From positions 12,583-76,582 of the forward strand of contig JBIIAV010000002.1 in assembly GCA_044239745.1 (NCBI GenBank): a stretch of 64,000 nucleotides of DNA, read 5' to 3'. The stretch's first letter is position 1, and the number at the start of each line of letters is the position of its first letter. The notes under the pieces are model-generated. The model saw nothing but the letters and a program-made list of their open reading frames with translations. It made no database searches and was not told the DNA's origin. The stretch is from Rickettsiales bacterium (GTDB lineage Bacteria; Pseudomonadota; Alphaproteobacteria; Rickettsiales; UBA3002). The position numbers were made by a program, and so were the translations under genes. This document shows, one piece after another, positions 19,860 to 29,553 of the stretch.

Positions 19860-20233
19860 CCTCCGCCACCCACACAAATTCCCGCAAACGCAATCACCGG
19901 CGCGGTATCATGGCCGAATATGCCGCGCTGGCGCTGCTGGTGTGCAAGGGTTACCGCTTCGTGGCGTGGCGCTATAAAACCCCCGTCGGCGAGATCGACC
20001 TCATCGTCCGTCGTGGCGGCCAGCTTGTCTTCGTCGAGGTGAAGGCGCGCGCCGACGCCGATGACGCCGCCCATGCCGTGCACGCCAAAAATCAATCGCG
20101 TGTGGTACGCGCATCACAATATTTCCTCGTTCGCCATCCCGCTTACGCTTCCCTTCAGGTTCGATTCGACGCCGTGCTCATCGCATGGTATAGAATGCCG
20201 CATCATCTGGTGCACGCCTTCGGCGCGCCCTGA
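19856..20233 (+). CDS. yraN: YraN-family (UPF0102) endonuclease-like protein
   Basis: ATGA overlap with the rsmI stop. Motif GEIDLIV...LVFVEVKAR. Conserved rsmI/lpoA/yraN neighbourhood. Confidence 0.85.
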   Translation: MTSATHTNSRKRNHRRGIMAEYAALALLVCKGYRFVAWRYKTPVGEIDLIVRRGGQLVFVEVKARADADDAAHAVHAKNQSRVVRASQYFLVRHPAYASLQVRFDAVLIAWYRMPHHLVHAFGAP

Positions 20234-20262
20234 CTAGTATTAACGCATAAGGAGATTACGCC

Positions 20263-21135
20263 ATGATGTTTAGTGGTTCGAAGAACAAGGGAAATTTCGA
20301 TGGCGTAGCGGGATCTACGGCAGAGAAATTTATCGCCGTTATTCGAGCCAATAAACCATGGCGCCTGCTTGTTCTGTGTTCGCTTCCGCTACTGCTCAAT
20401 GGCTGTGCGGGGCTTTTGGTCAGCGGCGCCACCCAGACCGGCGTCGCCGTTGCCGAGAATCGCTCCATCGGCCGCAAGGTCGACGATACCGTCATCTATA
20501 CCGACCTCACCAACCAGTTCCTGCAGGCCGATCAAGCGGCGCTGTTGGGGCATGTCACCTTCAACGTGCGCTATGGCCGCGTCATGCTGACGGGCAACAT
20601 TCCGTCGGAAGAGGAGGCCGCCCGTGCTGCCGCGCTTTCATGGAAGGCCAAGGGCGTGACGGAAGTCATCAACGAGCTGGTCGTCAATCCCGACAAGACC
20701 CTGATCGATACCGCCGGTGATGCGATTATCAAGCGCAATCTCGAAGCGCGCCTGCTCATCACCAAGGGCGTCTGGGTCATCAACTACTCGATCGATGTAA
20801 TCAATGGAACCGCCTACCTCATCGGCCGCGTCAAGGATCAGCCCGAACTCGATCGCGCGCTGAACGTCGCGCGTTCTACCAAAGGCGTCAAGCGCGTGGT
20901 CAGCCACTTGCAGATCAACGCCGACGTCAACCATGCCGTCACCAGCGCCGAGGAAACGCCCGCCGCCACCCGCAACGCCACCTCCGATAGCAGCAGCGGC
21001 AGCAGCAACAGCGGCAGCGATGTCTATACCGGCCCGGTTTATGGCAGCTCTTCGACCGGCACCGTCAGCGCACCGGAAAGCGTCGAATCGGCACCGCTGA
21101 ACGCGCCGAAAGAGCCCGTCGGCGGCGGGTATTAA
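20263..21135 (+). CDS. BON-domain lipoprotein (DolP/OsmY-like) with Ser/Gly-rich tail
   Basis: Lipobox LLLNGC. Two BON-like repeats (V.V.NG.V.L.G.V). AAGGAGA ribosome-binding site. Same neighbourhood as E. coli yraP/dolP. Confidence 0.8.
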   Translation: MMFSGSKNKGNFDGVAGSTAEKFIAVIRANKPWRLLVLCSLPLLLNGCAGLLVSGATQTGVAVAENRSIGRKVDDTVIYTDLTNQFLQADQAALLGHVTFNVRYGRVMLTGNIPSEEEAARAAALSWKAKGVTEVINELVVNPDKTLIDTAGDAIIKRNLEARLLITKGVWVINYSIDVINGTAYLIGRVKDQPELDRALNVARSTKGVKRVVSHLQINADVNHAVTSAEETPAATRNATSDSSSGSSNSGSDVYTGPVYGSSSTGTVSAPESVESAPLNAPKEPVGGGY

Positions 21136-21139
21136 TCCG

Positions 21140-22072
21140 GTGAAGATCGCCGTCCTGCTCGATCACCCCTCGAAACTCAATCCCATCTCCGACACCAGCT
21201 TCATGCTGATGGAGGAAGCACAACGCCGCGGCCATCGCGTTCATTTCTATGAGGCACCGCAACTGAGCTGGCGCGAAGGCGATCTTCTCGCACCGCTTTC
21301 CCCCATCACCATCGACATGGCAGCAACCCCCGTTTGGTCGGCGGGCACCCCCGCACTCACTTCGCTACGCACGATGGACGTGGTGCTCATGCGCCAAGAC
21401 CCGCCGTTCGACATGGCCTACATCACCGCCACCCACCTACTCGAACGCATCGCCGGCGACGTCGTGGTGTGGAACGATCCCGCGAGCGTGCGCAACGCAC
21501 CGGAGAAATTATCCGTCCTTGGTTTCGCGCAGTTCATGCCGCCCACCCTCATCAGCCGCGATCCCGTCGCCATCGCCCAATTCGCGGCCGAGCACGAGGC
21601 TATCGTCGCCAAACCGCTGTATGGTTACGGCGGGCGCAGCGTCTTCAAACTCACCCGCGGCGATGCCAACCTCGAGACCCTGCTCGAACATTGGAGCGAG
21701 TCCTCGCGTGAGCCGTTGATGTGGCAACAATTCCGCCCCGAGGTGCGGGACGCCGACAAGCGCGTGCTGTTCATCGACGGGCAGGTCGCCGCTGTCTTTG
21801 GCCGCACGCCCGATAGCGGCTCCATCCGCGCCAATATGCGCGTCGGCGGCACGCCGGTGGTGGCCGAGCTCAACGCCAAGCAACGCAGCATCTGCGACGC
21901 GCTCTCGCCCTTCTTGAAGCAGCACGGCCTCATGCTTGCCGGCATCGACCTCATCGGCGATTTCCTGACCGAGATCAACGTCACCTCGCCCACCGGCCTG
22001 CGCGCCGCCCAGCGGCTTTATGGCATCAACCTCGCCGCCACCTTCTGGGATGCCGTCGAAGCGCCTGCGTAA
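21140..22072 (+). CDS. gshB: glutathione synthetase (prokaryotic ATP-grasp type)
   Basis: 310 aa, GTG start. MKIAVLLDHP..., FMLMEEAQRRGH, RQDPPFD, KPLYGYGG, EINVTSPTG. Confidence 0.93.
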   Translation: MKIAVLLDHPSKLNPISDTSFMLMEEAQRRGHRVHFYEAPQLSWREGDLLAPLSPITIDMAATPVWSAGTPALTSLRTMDVVLMRQDPPFDMAYITATHLLERIAGDVVVWNDPASVRNAPEKLSVLGFAQFMPPTLISRDPVAIAQFAAEHEAIVAKPLYGYGGRSVFKLTRGDANLETLLEHWSESSREPLMWQQFRPEVRDADKRVLFIDGQVAAVFGRTPDSGSIRANMRVGGTPVVAELNAKQRSICDALSPFLKQHGLMLAGIDLIGDFLTEINVTSPTGLRAAQRLYGINLAATFWDAVEAPA

Positions 22073-22155
22073 CGCGCCGCACTGCACAATGCTTTTTGCT
22101 TTCCCTTTTCCGCTAAGTTGGTAATGAGCAGGCATGTCACATTCTTAGAGTTTGT

Positions 22156-25100
22156 ATGGCGCCGAATTATTCGTCCCTCCACCAGCATCTACTGAATAAA
22201 ATCATCGCCGCAGTACCACGCAGCGCTGGTAAAAAATCCCTCGATTTCGTGCGCAGCTTCTATGCGCTTTCCCCCGTCAACGAGCTGGAGGAACTCTCGC
22301 CCGAGCGCGCCGCCAGCATCGCCGTTGCGTGCGAAATCTTCTTCGCCAATCGCGGCAAATCCGGCCCCAAGGTCAGCATCACGCACGGCAAGGTCACCGA
22401 GAACAAACGTAGCCTCACCCGCACCCAGATCATGGTGCTCAACAACGACATGCCGTTTCTGGTCGATTCGTTGTCGGCGCTGTTCACGTCGCTGGGGCTT
22501 TCCATCCATCTCATGCTGCACCCCATTCTCTCCGTCACGCGTGACGCCAAGGGCAAGCGCGTCGAGGGCGGCAAGAACCCCAAACCCGAATCGCTGATGT
22601 ATGTCGAGCTGTCGGCGCTGCCGGCCGAGCTGTCGGCCGATGCGCTCACCGCCCATATCCTCAATGCCTTGGCGCATGTCGCCGCCTCCGTCGCCGATTG
22701 GGCAGCCATGCGCGACCGCGTGCTGGCGCTGGCCAAACAACTGCATCTGCCCAAATCCGCCGCCGCCGAATCCGAGGAGATCCGCGACCTGCTCGTATGG
22801 TTGGCCAGCAACCATTTCGTCTTCTTGGGCCTTGCCGACTACCGCACGCACGGCAGCGCGCTTGCACTCGATACCGCCAGCGCGCAGGGCATCTACCGCC
22901 TGCCTTCCACCAGCAAGAAACCGACGATCGAACGCGCCACCACCGCCACCGCCAGCGAACCGCTGAGCGTGCTCAAGGCGTCGGATTTCTCGTTGGTGCA
23001 CCGCCACGCGCCGATGGATCTCATCGTCTTGAAGCGCTTCGACGCCAAGGGCAAATGCTTGGGCGAGACCCGCATCCTCGGCCTGTTCACCTCGACCGTC
23101 TATTACCGCGAGACCCAGAACATCCCGTTCATCCGTCGCAAGGCGGCGCGCGTCATCGCCCGCACCGGCTTCGACCCCCACGGCCATTCCGGCAAAACGC
23201 TCAAGACCATCCTCGAATTCCTGCCGCGCGACGAGCTGTTCCAGATGGACGAGGAGCGCCTGTTCCAGACCGCCATGGGCATCGTCTCGCTCGAGTCCAA
23301 GCCGCAGGTGAAGCTGTTCGTGCGCCCCGATCCGTTCGGCCGTTTCGTCAGCGCCATGATCTATATCCCGCGCGAGCGTTTTTCGTCGGACCTGCGCGGC
23401 GAGATGATCCGCATCATCGAACGCGCCTATGGCGGCCGTACCACGGCATTCTACACCCAGCTGACCGATTCGCCGCTGGCGCGCCTGCATATCCTGACCG
23501 AGACCACGCCCGATCACGCCACCGCGGTCGATGAGGTCGCGCTCGAAAAACACATCGCCGGCCGCGCCAACATCTGGGCGGATGCGCTGCGCGACGCGGT
23601 CGTCGCCGAAAGCAAAGGCGACGAAGGCGACGCCCTCGCCCAAAGCTTCGCCGACGCGTTCCCACCGTCCTACATCAACAGCTACAGCGCCACCTCCGCT
23701 GCCCATGATATCCAGTGCGTGCTCGCATGCGTGCGCGGCGACGGCCTCGCCCTCGAACTCTTCCGCGCCGAGGGCACGCCCGCCAACCAGCTGCATCTCA
23801 AATGCTTCACGCGCGACCTCAACTCCGAGCTTTCCTCCATCATTCCCTTGCTCGAGAACATGGGCTGCACCGTGGTCGACGCCACGCCCTACATCATCAC
23901 GCCGCATGCCCCCACGCCGCCGGTGCTGCTACGCAATTTCACGCTGCGCATCGCCGGTATCGAGAGCTTGCCGCTGGTCACCAGCAAAGCGCGTATCGAG
24001 GCCGCCATCGGCGATATCTGGCGGGCGCAGGTCGATAACGACGCCTTGAACGCCCTCGTCTTCTCGACCGATCTGAGCGCCCGCGACATCAGCATCCTGC
24101 GCGCCTATAGCCGCTATCTGCAACAGCTCAATTTCCCTTACAGCCAAGGCGTCATCGCCGCCGCACTCAATGCCCATGCGCCGCTGGCGCGTGCGCTTGT
24201 CACGCTGTTTCATGCCCGCTTCGACCCCGCCGTCAAGAACCGCACCGAGAAGATGGCCGCAATCCAAGGCGCGCTCGAGACCGCGCTCGAGGCCGTCACC
24301 AACCTCAGCCAAGATCGCATCATCCGCCGCATCCAAGCGCTCATCATGGCCAGCTTGCGCACCAACTTCTATCAGCGCGAGAACGGCACACCGAAATCCT
24401 ATCTATCGATCAAGTTCCGTTCGGCACAGATACCGGAAATGCCGTTGCCCGTGCCCTACGCCGAGATCTTCGTCACCAGCATGCGGGTCGAGGGCATCCA
24501 TCTGCGCGGCGGCACCGTCGCCCGTGGCGGCCTGCGCTGGAGCGACCGGCCGGAGGATTTCCGCACCGAAGTGCTGGGGCTGGTGAAAGCACAAATGGTG
24601 AAGAACGCCGTCATCGTACCGCAAGGTGCCAAGGGCGGGTTCATCCTGCGCAAGGCCCCGTCGGAGCGCGACGCACTGACGGCCGAAGGCATCGCCTGCT
24701 ACCAGCTTTTCCTGCGCGGCCTGCTCGATATCACCGATAACATCGTCGCCGGCAAGCTCACGCCGCCGCCGCTTACCACCCGTCACGACGACGACGATCC
24801 CTACCTCGTTGTCGCCGCCGACAAAGGCACCGCCACCTTCTCGGATATCGCCAATGCCATCTCGGCCGAATACGGCTTTTGGCTGGGCGATGCCTTCGCT
24901 TCCGGCGGCTCTGTCGGCTACGATCACAAGGCCATGGCCATCACTGCGCGTGGCGGCTGGGTCGCGGTCGAGCGCCATTTCCGCGAGATGGGCAAGGACA
25001 TCGCCCGCGAGGCCTTCACCGCCATCGGCATCGGCGATATGTCGGGCGACGTGTTCGGCAACGGCGCACTATTATCAAAGAACATGCGCCTTGTTGCGGC

Positions 25101-26904
25101 CTTCAATCACCGTCATATCTTCATCGACCCGACGCCCGACGCCGCCAGCAGCTTCACCGAGCGGGGGCGCCTGTTCAAGCTGCCGCGTTCGGGTTGGAAC
25201 GATTACAACACCAAGCTCATCAGCAAAGGCGGCGGCGTGTTCGAGCGCAGCGCCAAATCCATCGCGCTCACGGCCGAAATGCGCAGCGCATTGGGCACCG
25301 ACACCAAGACCGCCACACCGGACGAGCTCATCCGTATCATTCTCAAGGCACCGGTCGAGCTGTTGTGGAATGGCGGCATCGGCACCTATGTCAAGGCCAC
25401 CACCGAGACCCACGAACAGGTCGGCGATCGCACCAACAACGCCGTGCGCGTCGACGGCGCGGAGCTGCGCTGCAGCATCGTCGGCGAGGGCGGCAACCTC
25501 GGCTTCACCCAGCGCGGCCGCATCGAATATGCCCGCAAAGGTGGCCGCATCAACACCGACGCCATCGATAATTCCGGCGGCGTCGATTGTTCCGACCACG
25601 AGGTCAACATCAAGATCGCCATGGGCGCTGCCATCGCCGCCAAGCGCACCACGCTGAAATCGCGCGACGGCCTGCTCAAGAAAATGACCGACGAGGTCGC
25701 CGAGCTGGTACTGGTCGATAACCGCCTGCAAACGCAGGCCATCTCCATCGCCCAGATGCAAGGCGTCAGCCTGCTCGAGCCGGCTTCGCAGCTGATGACC
25801 CAGCTCGAGTCGGAGAATTTCCTCAACCGCGCAGTCGAATACCTGCCCGATGGCAAGCAACTGGCCGAGCTGCGCAGCACCAAGCAAGGCCTCACCCGCC
25901 CCGAGATCGCCGTGCTGTTGGCCTATGCCAAGATGTCGTTCTTCCGCGATCTGGCCACCTCGCCCCTGCTCGACGCACCGTATTTCGAGGCCGATTTGCT
26001 GCGCTATTTTCCGAAAGCGATGCAAAAGGATTATGCCCGCGAGATCAAATCGCACCGCCTGCGCCGCGAGATCGTCGCCACCATGATCACCAATTCCATT
26101 GTCAACCGCACCGGCTTTGCGATGGCGGCCAGCCTCATGCGCGCCACCGGCCTCGCCGCCGGCGATGTCGCGCAGGCCTACATCGCCACCCGCGACGCCT
26201 TTGGTTTGCGCGCGGTGTGGAAGGATATCGAAGCGCTCGACGGTCGCGTCGCCGCCAGCGTGCAGTCGCAACTATTCGTACAGGTCAACCAGTTCATCGA
26301 GCATAGCTGCCGCTGGTTCCTCCAGCATGTGCCGCAACCGATGGCAATGGACAAAGTGATGGCGCATTACATGCCCGCCATCGCCCAGATCGAAACGCAC
26401 GCCACCCGCATCATGAGCGAAAGTGCCCGCCGCGCCTTCGATCAGACCATGGAACGCCTCACCGCGCTGGCCGTGCCCGAAGCCTTGGCAAAACGCATGG
26501 CCATGCTCGAGATCATGACCGCTGCCTGCGACATCGCGGATGCAGCGCGCATCAGCAAACTGCCGGTGGCCACCGTCGGGCGCATTTATTTCGAGCTGGG
26601 CGCCGTGCTCAAGCTGGGCTGGCTGCGCAGCAGCGCGCAGGATCTTTCGGCCGAGAATTACTGGCAGCAACTGGCCGTCAAATCGCTGGCGGTGGAGTTC
26701 TATCAGGCCCAGCGCCGTCTCAGCCTCGAGGTCATCGCCCGCTACGGCAAACACGCCGATGCCGGCGCCGCGTGGCGCAACGCCAACCGCGACGCGCTTG
26801 CCCGCTACGACAGCTTCATCGCCGATCTGCGGGCGCAGGCCACGCTCGATTATCCCATGCTCATCGTGGCGTTGCGGCAGGTTCAGGCCATCACCAGCGT
26901 CTAG
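22156..26904 (+). CDS. gdhB: large NAD-specific glutamate dehydrogenase (about 180-kDa GdhB class)
   Basis: 1582 aa. Catalytic core motifs RGGLRWSDR, KAQMVKNAVIVPQGAKGGF, VVAADKGTATFSD, GDMSGDVFGNG. Confidence 0.93.
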   Translation: MAPNYSSLHQHLLNKIIAAVPRSAGKKSLDFVRSFYALSPVNELEELSPERAASIAVACEIFFANRGKSGPKVSITHGKVTENKRSLTRTQIMVLNNDMPFLVDSLSALFTSLGLSIHLMLHPILSVTRDAKGKRVEGGKNPKPESLMYVELSALPAELSADALTAHILNALAHVAASVADWAAMRDRVLALAKQLHLPKSAAAESEEIRDLLVWLASNHFVFLGLADYRTHGSALALDTASAQGIYRLPSTSKKPTIERATTATASEPLSVLKASDFSLVHRHAPMDLIVLKRFDAKGKCLGETRILGLFTSTVYYRETQNIPFIRRKAARVIARTGFDPHGHSGKTLKTILEFLPRDELFQMDEERLFQTAMGIVSLESKPQVKLFVRPDPFGRFVSAMIYIPRERFSSDLRGEMIRIIERAYGGRTTAFYTQLTDSPLARLHILTETTPDHATAVDEVALEKHIAGRANIWADALRDAVVAESKGDEGDALAQSFADAFPPSYINSYSATSAAHDIQCVLACVRGDGLALELFRAEGTPANQLHLKCFTRDLNSELSSIIPLLENMGCTVVDATPYIITPHAPTPPVLLRNFTLRIAGIESLPLVTSKARIEAAIGDIWRAQVDNDALNALVFSTDLSARDISILRAYSRYLQQLNFPYSQGVIAAALNAHAPLARALVTLFHARFDPAVKNRTEKMAAIQGALETALEAVTNLSQDRIIRRIQALIMASLRTNFYQRENGTPKSYLSIKFRSAQIPEMPLPVPYAEIFVTSMRVEGIHLRGGTVARGGLRWSDRPEDFRTEVLGLVKAQMVKNAVIVPQGAKGGFILRKAPSERDALTAEGIACYQLFLRGLLDITDNIVAGKLTPPPLTTRHDDDDPYLVVAADKGTATFSDIANAISAEYGFWLGDAFASGGSVGYDHKAMAITARGGWVAVERHFREMGKDIAREAFTAIGIGDMSGDVFGNGALLSKNMRLVAAFNHRHIFIDPTPDAASSFTERGRLFKLPRSGWNDYNTKLISKGGGVFERSAKSIALTAEMRSALGTDTKTATPDELIRIILKAPVELLWNGGIGTYVKATTETHEQVGDRTNNAVRVDGAELRCSIVGEGGNLGFTQRGRIEYARKGGRINTDAIDNSGGVDCSDHEVNIKIAMGAAIAAKRTTLKSRDGLLKKMTDEVAELVLVDNRLQTQAISIAQMQGVSLLEPASQLMTQLESENFLNRAVEYLPDGKQLAELRSTKQGLTRPEIAVLLAYAKMSFFRDLATSPLLDAPYFEADLLRYFPKAMQKDYAREIKSHRLRREIVATMITNSIVNRTGFAMAASLMRATGLAAGDVAQAYIATRDAFGLRAVWKDIEALDGRVAASVQSQLFVQVNQFIEHSCRWFLQHVPQPMAMDKVMAHYMPAIAQIETHATRIMSESARRAFDQTMERLTALAVPEALAKRMAMLEIMTAACDIADAARISKLPVATVGRIYFELGAVLKLGWLRSSAQDLSAENYWQQLAVKSLAVEFYQAQRRLSLEVIARYGKHADAGAAWRNANRDALARYDSFIADLRAQATLDYPMLIVALRQVQAITSV

Positions 26905-26963
26905 GGCATGGCCACGAGCGAAGGCGTGACAAATGCCTAAAATCCCTCTAGGTCTTGGGCATC

Positions 26964-27680
26964 ATGATCACCGTCTACATCTTCATCCTTACCTTCTCGG
27001 CATGGCTGGGTGCCTATGGTCTGCTCAAGGTCGGCCAGCGCATCACGTTGCTGATCAGCCGCACGTTGCGTCTGCCGGCAGGGCTGTTCGCGCTCGCCTG
27101 CGTGACCCTCTTCTTGGTCGTGGTCGGGGCGCCGGCATCCTTGCTGGTCGGGGTCATCCTGCTGGCGCTGTTTCATTTCATGAACACCCTTTATTACCTG
27201 CCCAAACTGGCGCAGTGGGGCATTCCTTTCCTTGCCGCGCTGCTGGCCGTCGGCGGCGGCGGTGTGCCGGTGGTCGCTGGCCTGCCCCAACCGCTGGTGC
27301 AGGCCGCCATGCTGGCGCTGCTCATGGCCATCGTGTGGGGGTCGGCACGCACGCCGACGGAGCTCGCCCCCGCCAGCGCCGGTTGGCTTGCCTGCCTGTT
27401 TCCGGTATTGCTCGCACCGCTGTTTGGCGCCCCCTCCTTCCTCGCGCTCGATAGCGCCCTCATCGCCGCCGCGCTGCTTGGCGCATTGATGGCCGCACCC
27501 GCTGACGCCCGCATGAGCATCGCCCGCGCGCCGTTCGCCCTGCTCATCGGCTGGCTCATGCTGCAACCTGCGGCGCATGGGGTGGCATGGGCAAGTGCCC
27601 TTGGCCTGCTCATCTATGGCGTCTTCCTTCTCGCCCAGCGCCCCACCCGCGCGATCGGTACTCCGCATGCGGCCGCTTAG
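26964..27680 (+). CDS. polytopic inner-membrane protein of unknown function
   Basis: About 238 aa and almost entirely hydrophobic (6-8 predicted helices by eye). Its end overlaps the start of the CapD-like gene. The track start at 26955 is a TTG, so the ATG at 26964 is used. Confidence 0.5.
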   Translation: MITVYIFILTFSAWLGAYGLLKVGQRITLLISRTLRLPAGLFALACVTLFLVVVGAPASLLVGVILLALFHFMNTLYYLPKLAQWGIPFLAALLAVGGGGVPVVAGLPQPLVQAAMLALLMAIVWGSARTPTELAPASAGWLACLFPVLLAPLFGAPSFLALDSALIAAALLGALMAAPADARMSIARAPFALLIGWLMLQPAAHGVAWASALGLLIYGVFLLAQRPTRAIGTPHAAA

Positions 27681-29553
27681 ATTCTCGCAAAATGTCCTCG
27701 CCATCGTGCATGACGGGGCGATGGCCACGCTCAGCCTCATACTGGCTTTGGCCTTGCGGTTGGGGTCGCGCACCTTCAGCTACACCGAAAGCTTCATCGT
27801 CGAAGGCTGCATCGCCTTCAGCGTGCTGCTGGTCGCCATCTTGCTTTATTTCCGCGCCTATCGCCATGTCTGGCGCTACACGGCGCTGGGCGATCTGGTG
27901 ATCATCGCGCGGGCGGCGTCGCTGGCGCTGCTGCTATTCTATCTCGGCCTGTTTGCCTTCACCCGCCTCGAATACATGCCGCGCTCGGTGCCCTTCATCC
28001 ACTGGATGACCCTCATGCTGTGCCTGATGGCAGGGCGCGTGCTGACGCGCCTCATCCATGACCGCGACCTCATCAACCGCCTGATGGGACGCACCGGCAA
28101 CCGCATTCCGGTGCTGCTGGTGGGCGTCACTTCGCAAGCCGAGATGTTCATCCGCGAATCGGCGCGGCGCGTCGATTTCCCCTACCGCGCCATGGGCATC
28201 CTTGATGACGACAAACGCCAGCACGGCCGCGAGATCCACCGCGTGCGCGTCTATGGCGGGGTCGACGAGATCGGCTACGTCCTCAAGAAACTGGCGCGCA
28301 AAGGCAAAAGCCCGCAGCGGATCATCTTGGCCGACGCCAACATCACCGCCGATGCCTTCAAGCATCTGCTCGCCATCGCCGAGGAGCACAGCCTAACCCT
28401 TGCCCGCCTGCCCTCGCTGAGTGAGCTGCGCGACGGCGACCGCCTGCACGACATCCGCCCCGTCGCGGTGGAGGATATCCTCGGCCGGCCGCAAGCCACG
28501 CTCGACCGCCCCGCCATGCGCGCCTTCGTGCAGGGTAAGCGCGTGCTCATCACCGGTGCCGGCGGTTCCATCGGCGCCGAGCTGGTGCGTCAGATCAGCG
28601 GCTTCCAACCCGCCGAGCTACTGCTGTTCGACCTGTCGGAATACAATCTCTATTCCATCGACCAAGAGCTCACCGAGATCGCTCCCGCCATCCCCCGCCA
28701 CCCCATCATCGGCGATGTGCGCGACCACGATCATCTCGCGCGCACCTTCGCCCGCTTCAAACCCGAGGTGGTGTTCCACGCCGCTGCCATCAAGCATGTG
28801 CCGCTGTCGGAATCCAACCCCGAGCAGGCCGTGCTCACCAATGTGCTCGGCAGCAAGCACGTGGCGGACGCCTGCATCGCCCACGGCGTCACCGCCATGG
28901 TGCAGATCTCGACCGATAAGGCGGTCAACCCGCTTTCGGTCATGGGTGCCACCAAGCGCACCGCCGAGATCTATGGCCAGATGCTGGCGCAGGACGGCGC
29001 GCCCACCCGCTTCATCACCGTGCGCTTCGGCAATGTCCTCAATTCCGCCGGTTCGGTCGTGCCGCTGTTCCAAAAACAAATTGCCCGCGGCGGCCCCGTC
29101 ACCGTCACCCATCCGGATATGGTGCGCTATTTCATGTCCATCGCCGAGGCGGTGCAGTTGGTGCTGCAAGCGGCGGTGCTTGGCACCACCGGCGAGGATC
29201 GCGCGCCCATTTTCGTCCTCGATATGGGCGAGCCGGTACGCATCGAGGACCTCGCCTGCCAGATGATCCGCCTCGCGGGGCTCAAGCCCTACGAGGACAT
29301 CGCGATCGAGTTCACCGGCCTGCGTCCGGGCGAGAAACTGTTCGAGGAATTGTTCCACGACGCCGAGAACATGCTCGATACCGCCCATCCCTCCATCCGT
29401 TTGGCGCGGGCGCGCAGCTACGATCGTTTGAGCATCCTCGGCGCCATCACCGATTCCATCACCGCCGCCAAGAACGGCGATAAGGCGGCCTTGCGCGGGC
29501 TGCTCAAACGCATCATCCCCGAATATGAACCCGAACAGAAAAGCGCCGCATGA
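27667..29553 (+). CDS. membrane-anchored polysaccharide biosynthesis protein (CapD/PglF/WbpM-type NDP-sugar 4,6-dehydratase)
   Basis: N-terminal TM helices, then SDR Rossmann ITGAGGSIGAEL, and the motifs AAIKHVP and STDKAVNP. Confidence 0.88.
   Translation: MRPLRFSQNVLAIVHDGAMATLSLILALALRLGSRTFSYTESFIVEGCIAFSVLLVAILLYFRAYRHVWRYTALGDLVIIARAASLALLLFYLGLFAFTRLEYMPRSVPFIHWMTLMLCLMAGRVLTRLIHDRDLINRLMGRTGNRIPVLLVGVTSQAEMFIRESARRVDFPYRAMGILDDDKRQHGREIHRVRVYGGVDEIGYVLKKLARKGKSPQRIILADANITADAFKHLLAIAEEHSLTLARLPSLSELRDGDRLHDIRPVAVEDILGRPQATLDRPAMRAFVQGKRVLITGAGGSIGAELVRQISGFQPAELLLFDLSEYNLYSIDQELTEIAPAIPRHPIIGDVRDHDHLARTFARFKPEVVFHAAAIKHVPLSESNPEQAVLTNVLGSKHVADACIAHGVTAMVQISTDKAVNPLSVMGATKRTAEIYGQMLAQDGAPTRFITVRFGNVLNSAGSVVPLFQKQIARGGPVTVTHPDMVRYFMSIAEAVQLVLQAAVLGTTGEDRAPIFVLDMGEPVRIEDLACQMIRLAGLKPYEDIAIEFTGLRPGEKLFEELFHDAENMLDTAHPSIRLARARSYDRLSILGAITDSITAAKNGDKAALRGLLKRIIPEYEPEQKSAA

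Noticed and set aside
20940-21060. AGC/GGC-rich stretch at the end of the BON-domain gene as a repeat locus
   Set aside because: It is an imperfect low-complexity Ser/Gly tail (SSSGSSNSGS) with no defined tandem unit.
22189-23907. 572-aa minus-strand ORF, plus 25075..26271 (398 aa)
   Set aside because: Both are antisense to the large NAD-glutamate dehydrogenase gene. They are shadow frames with Arg/Gly/Ala-rich composition.
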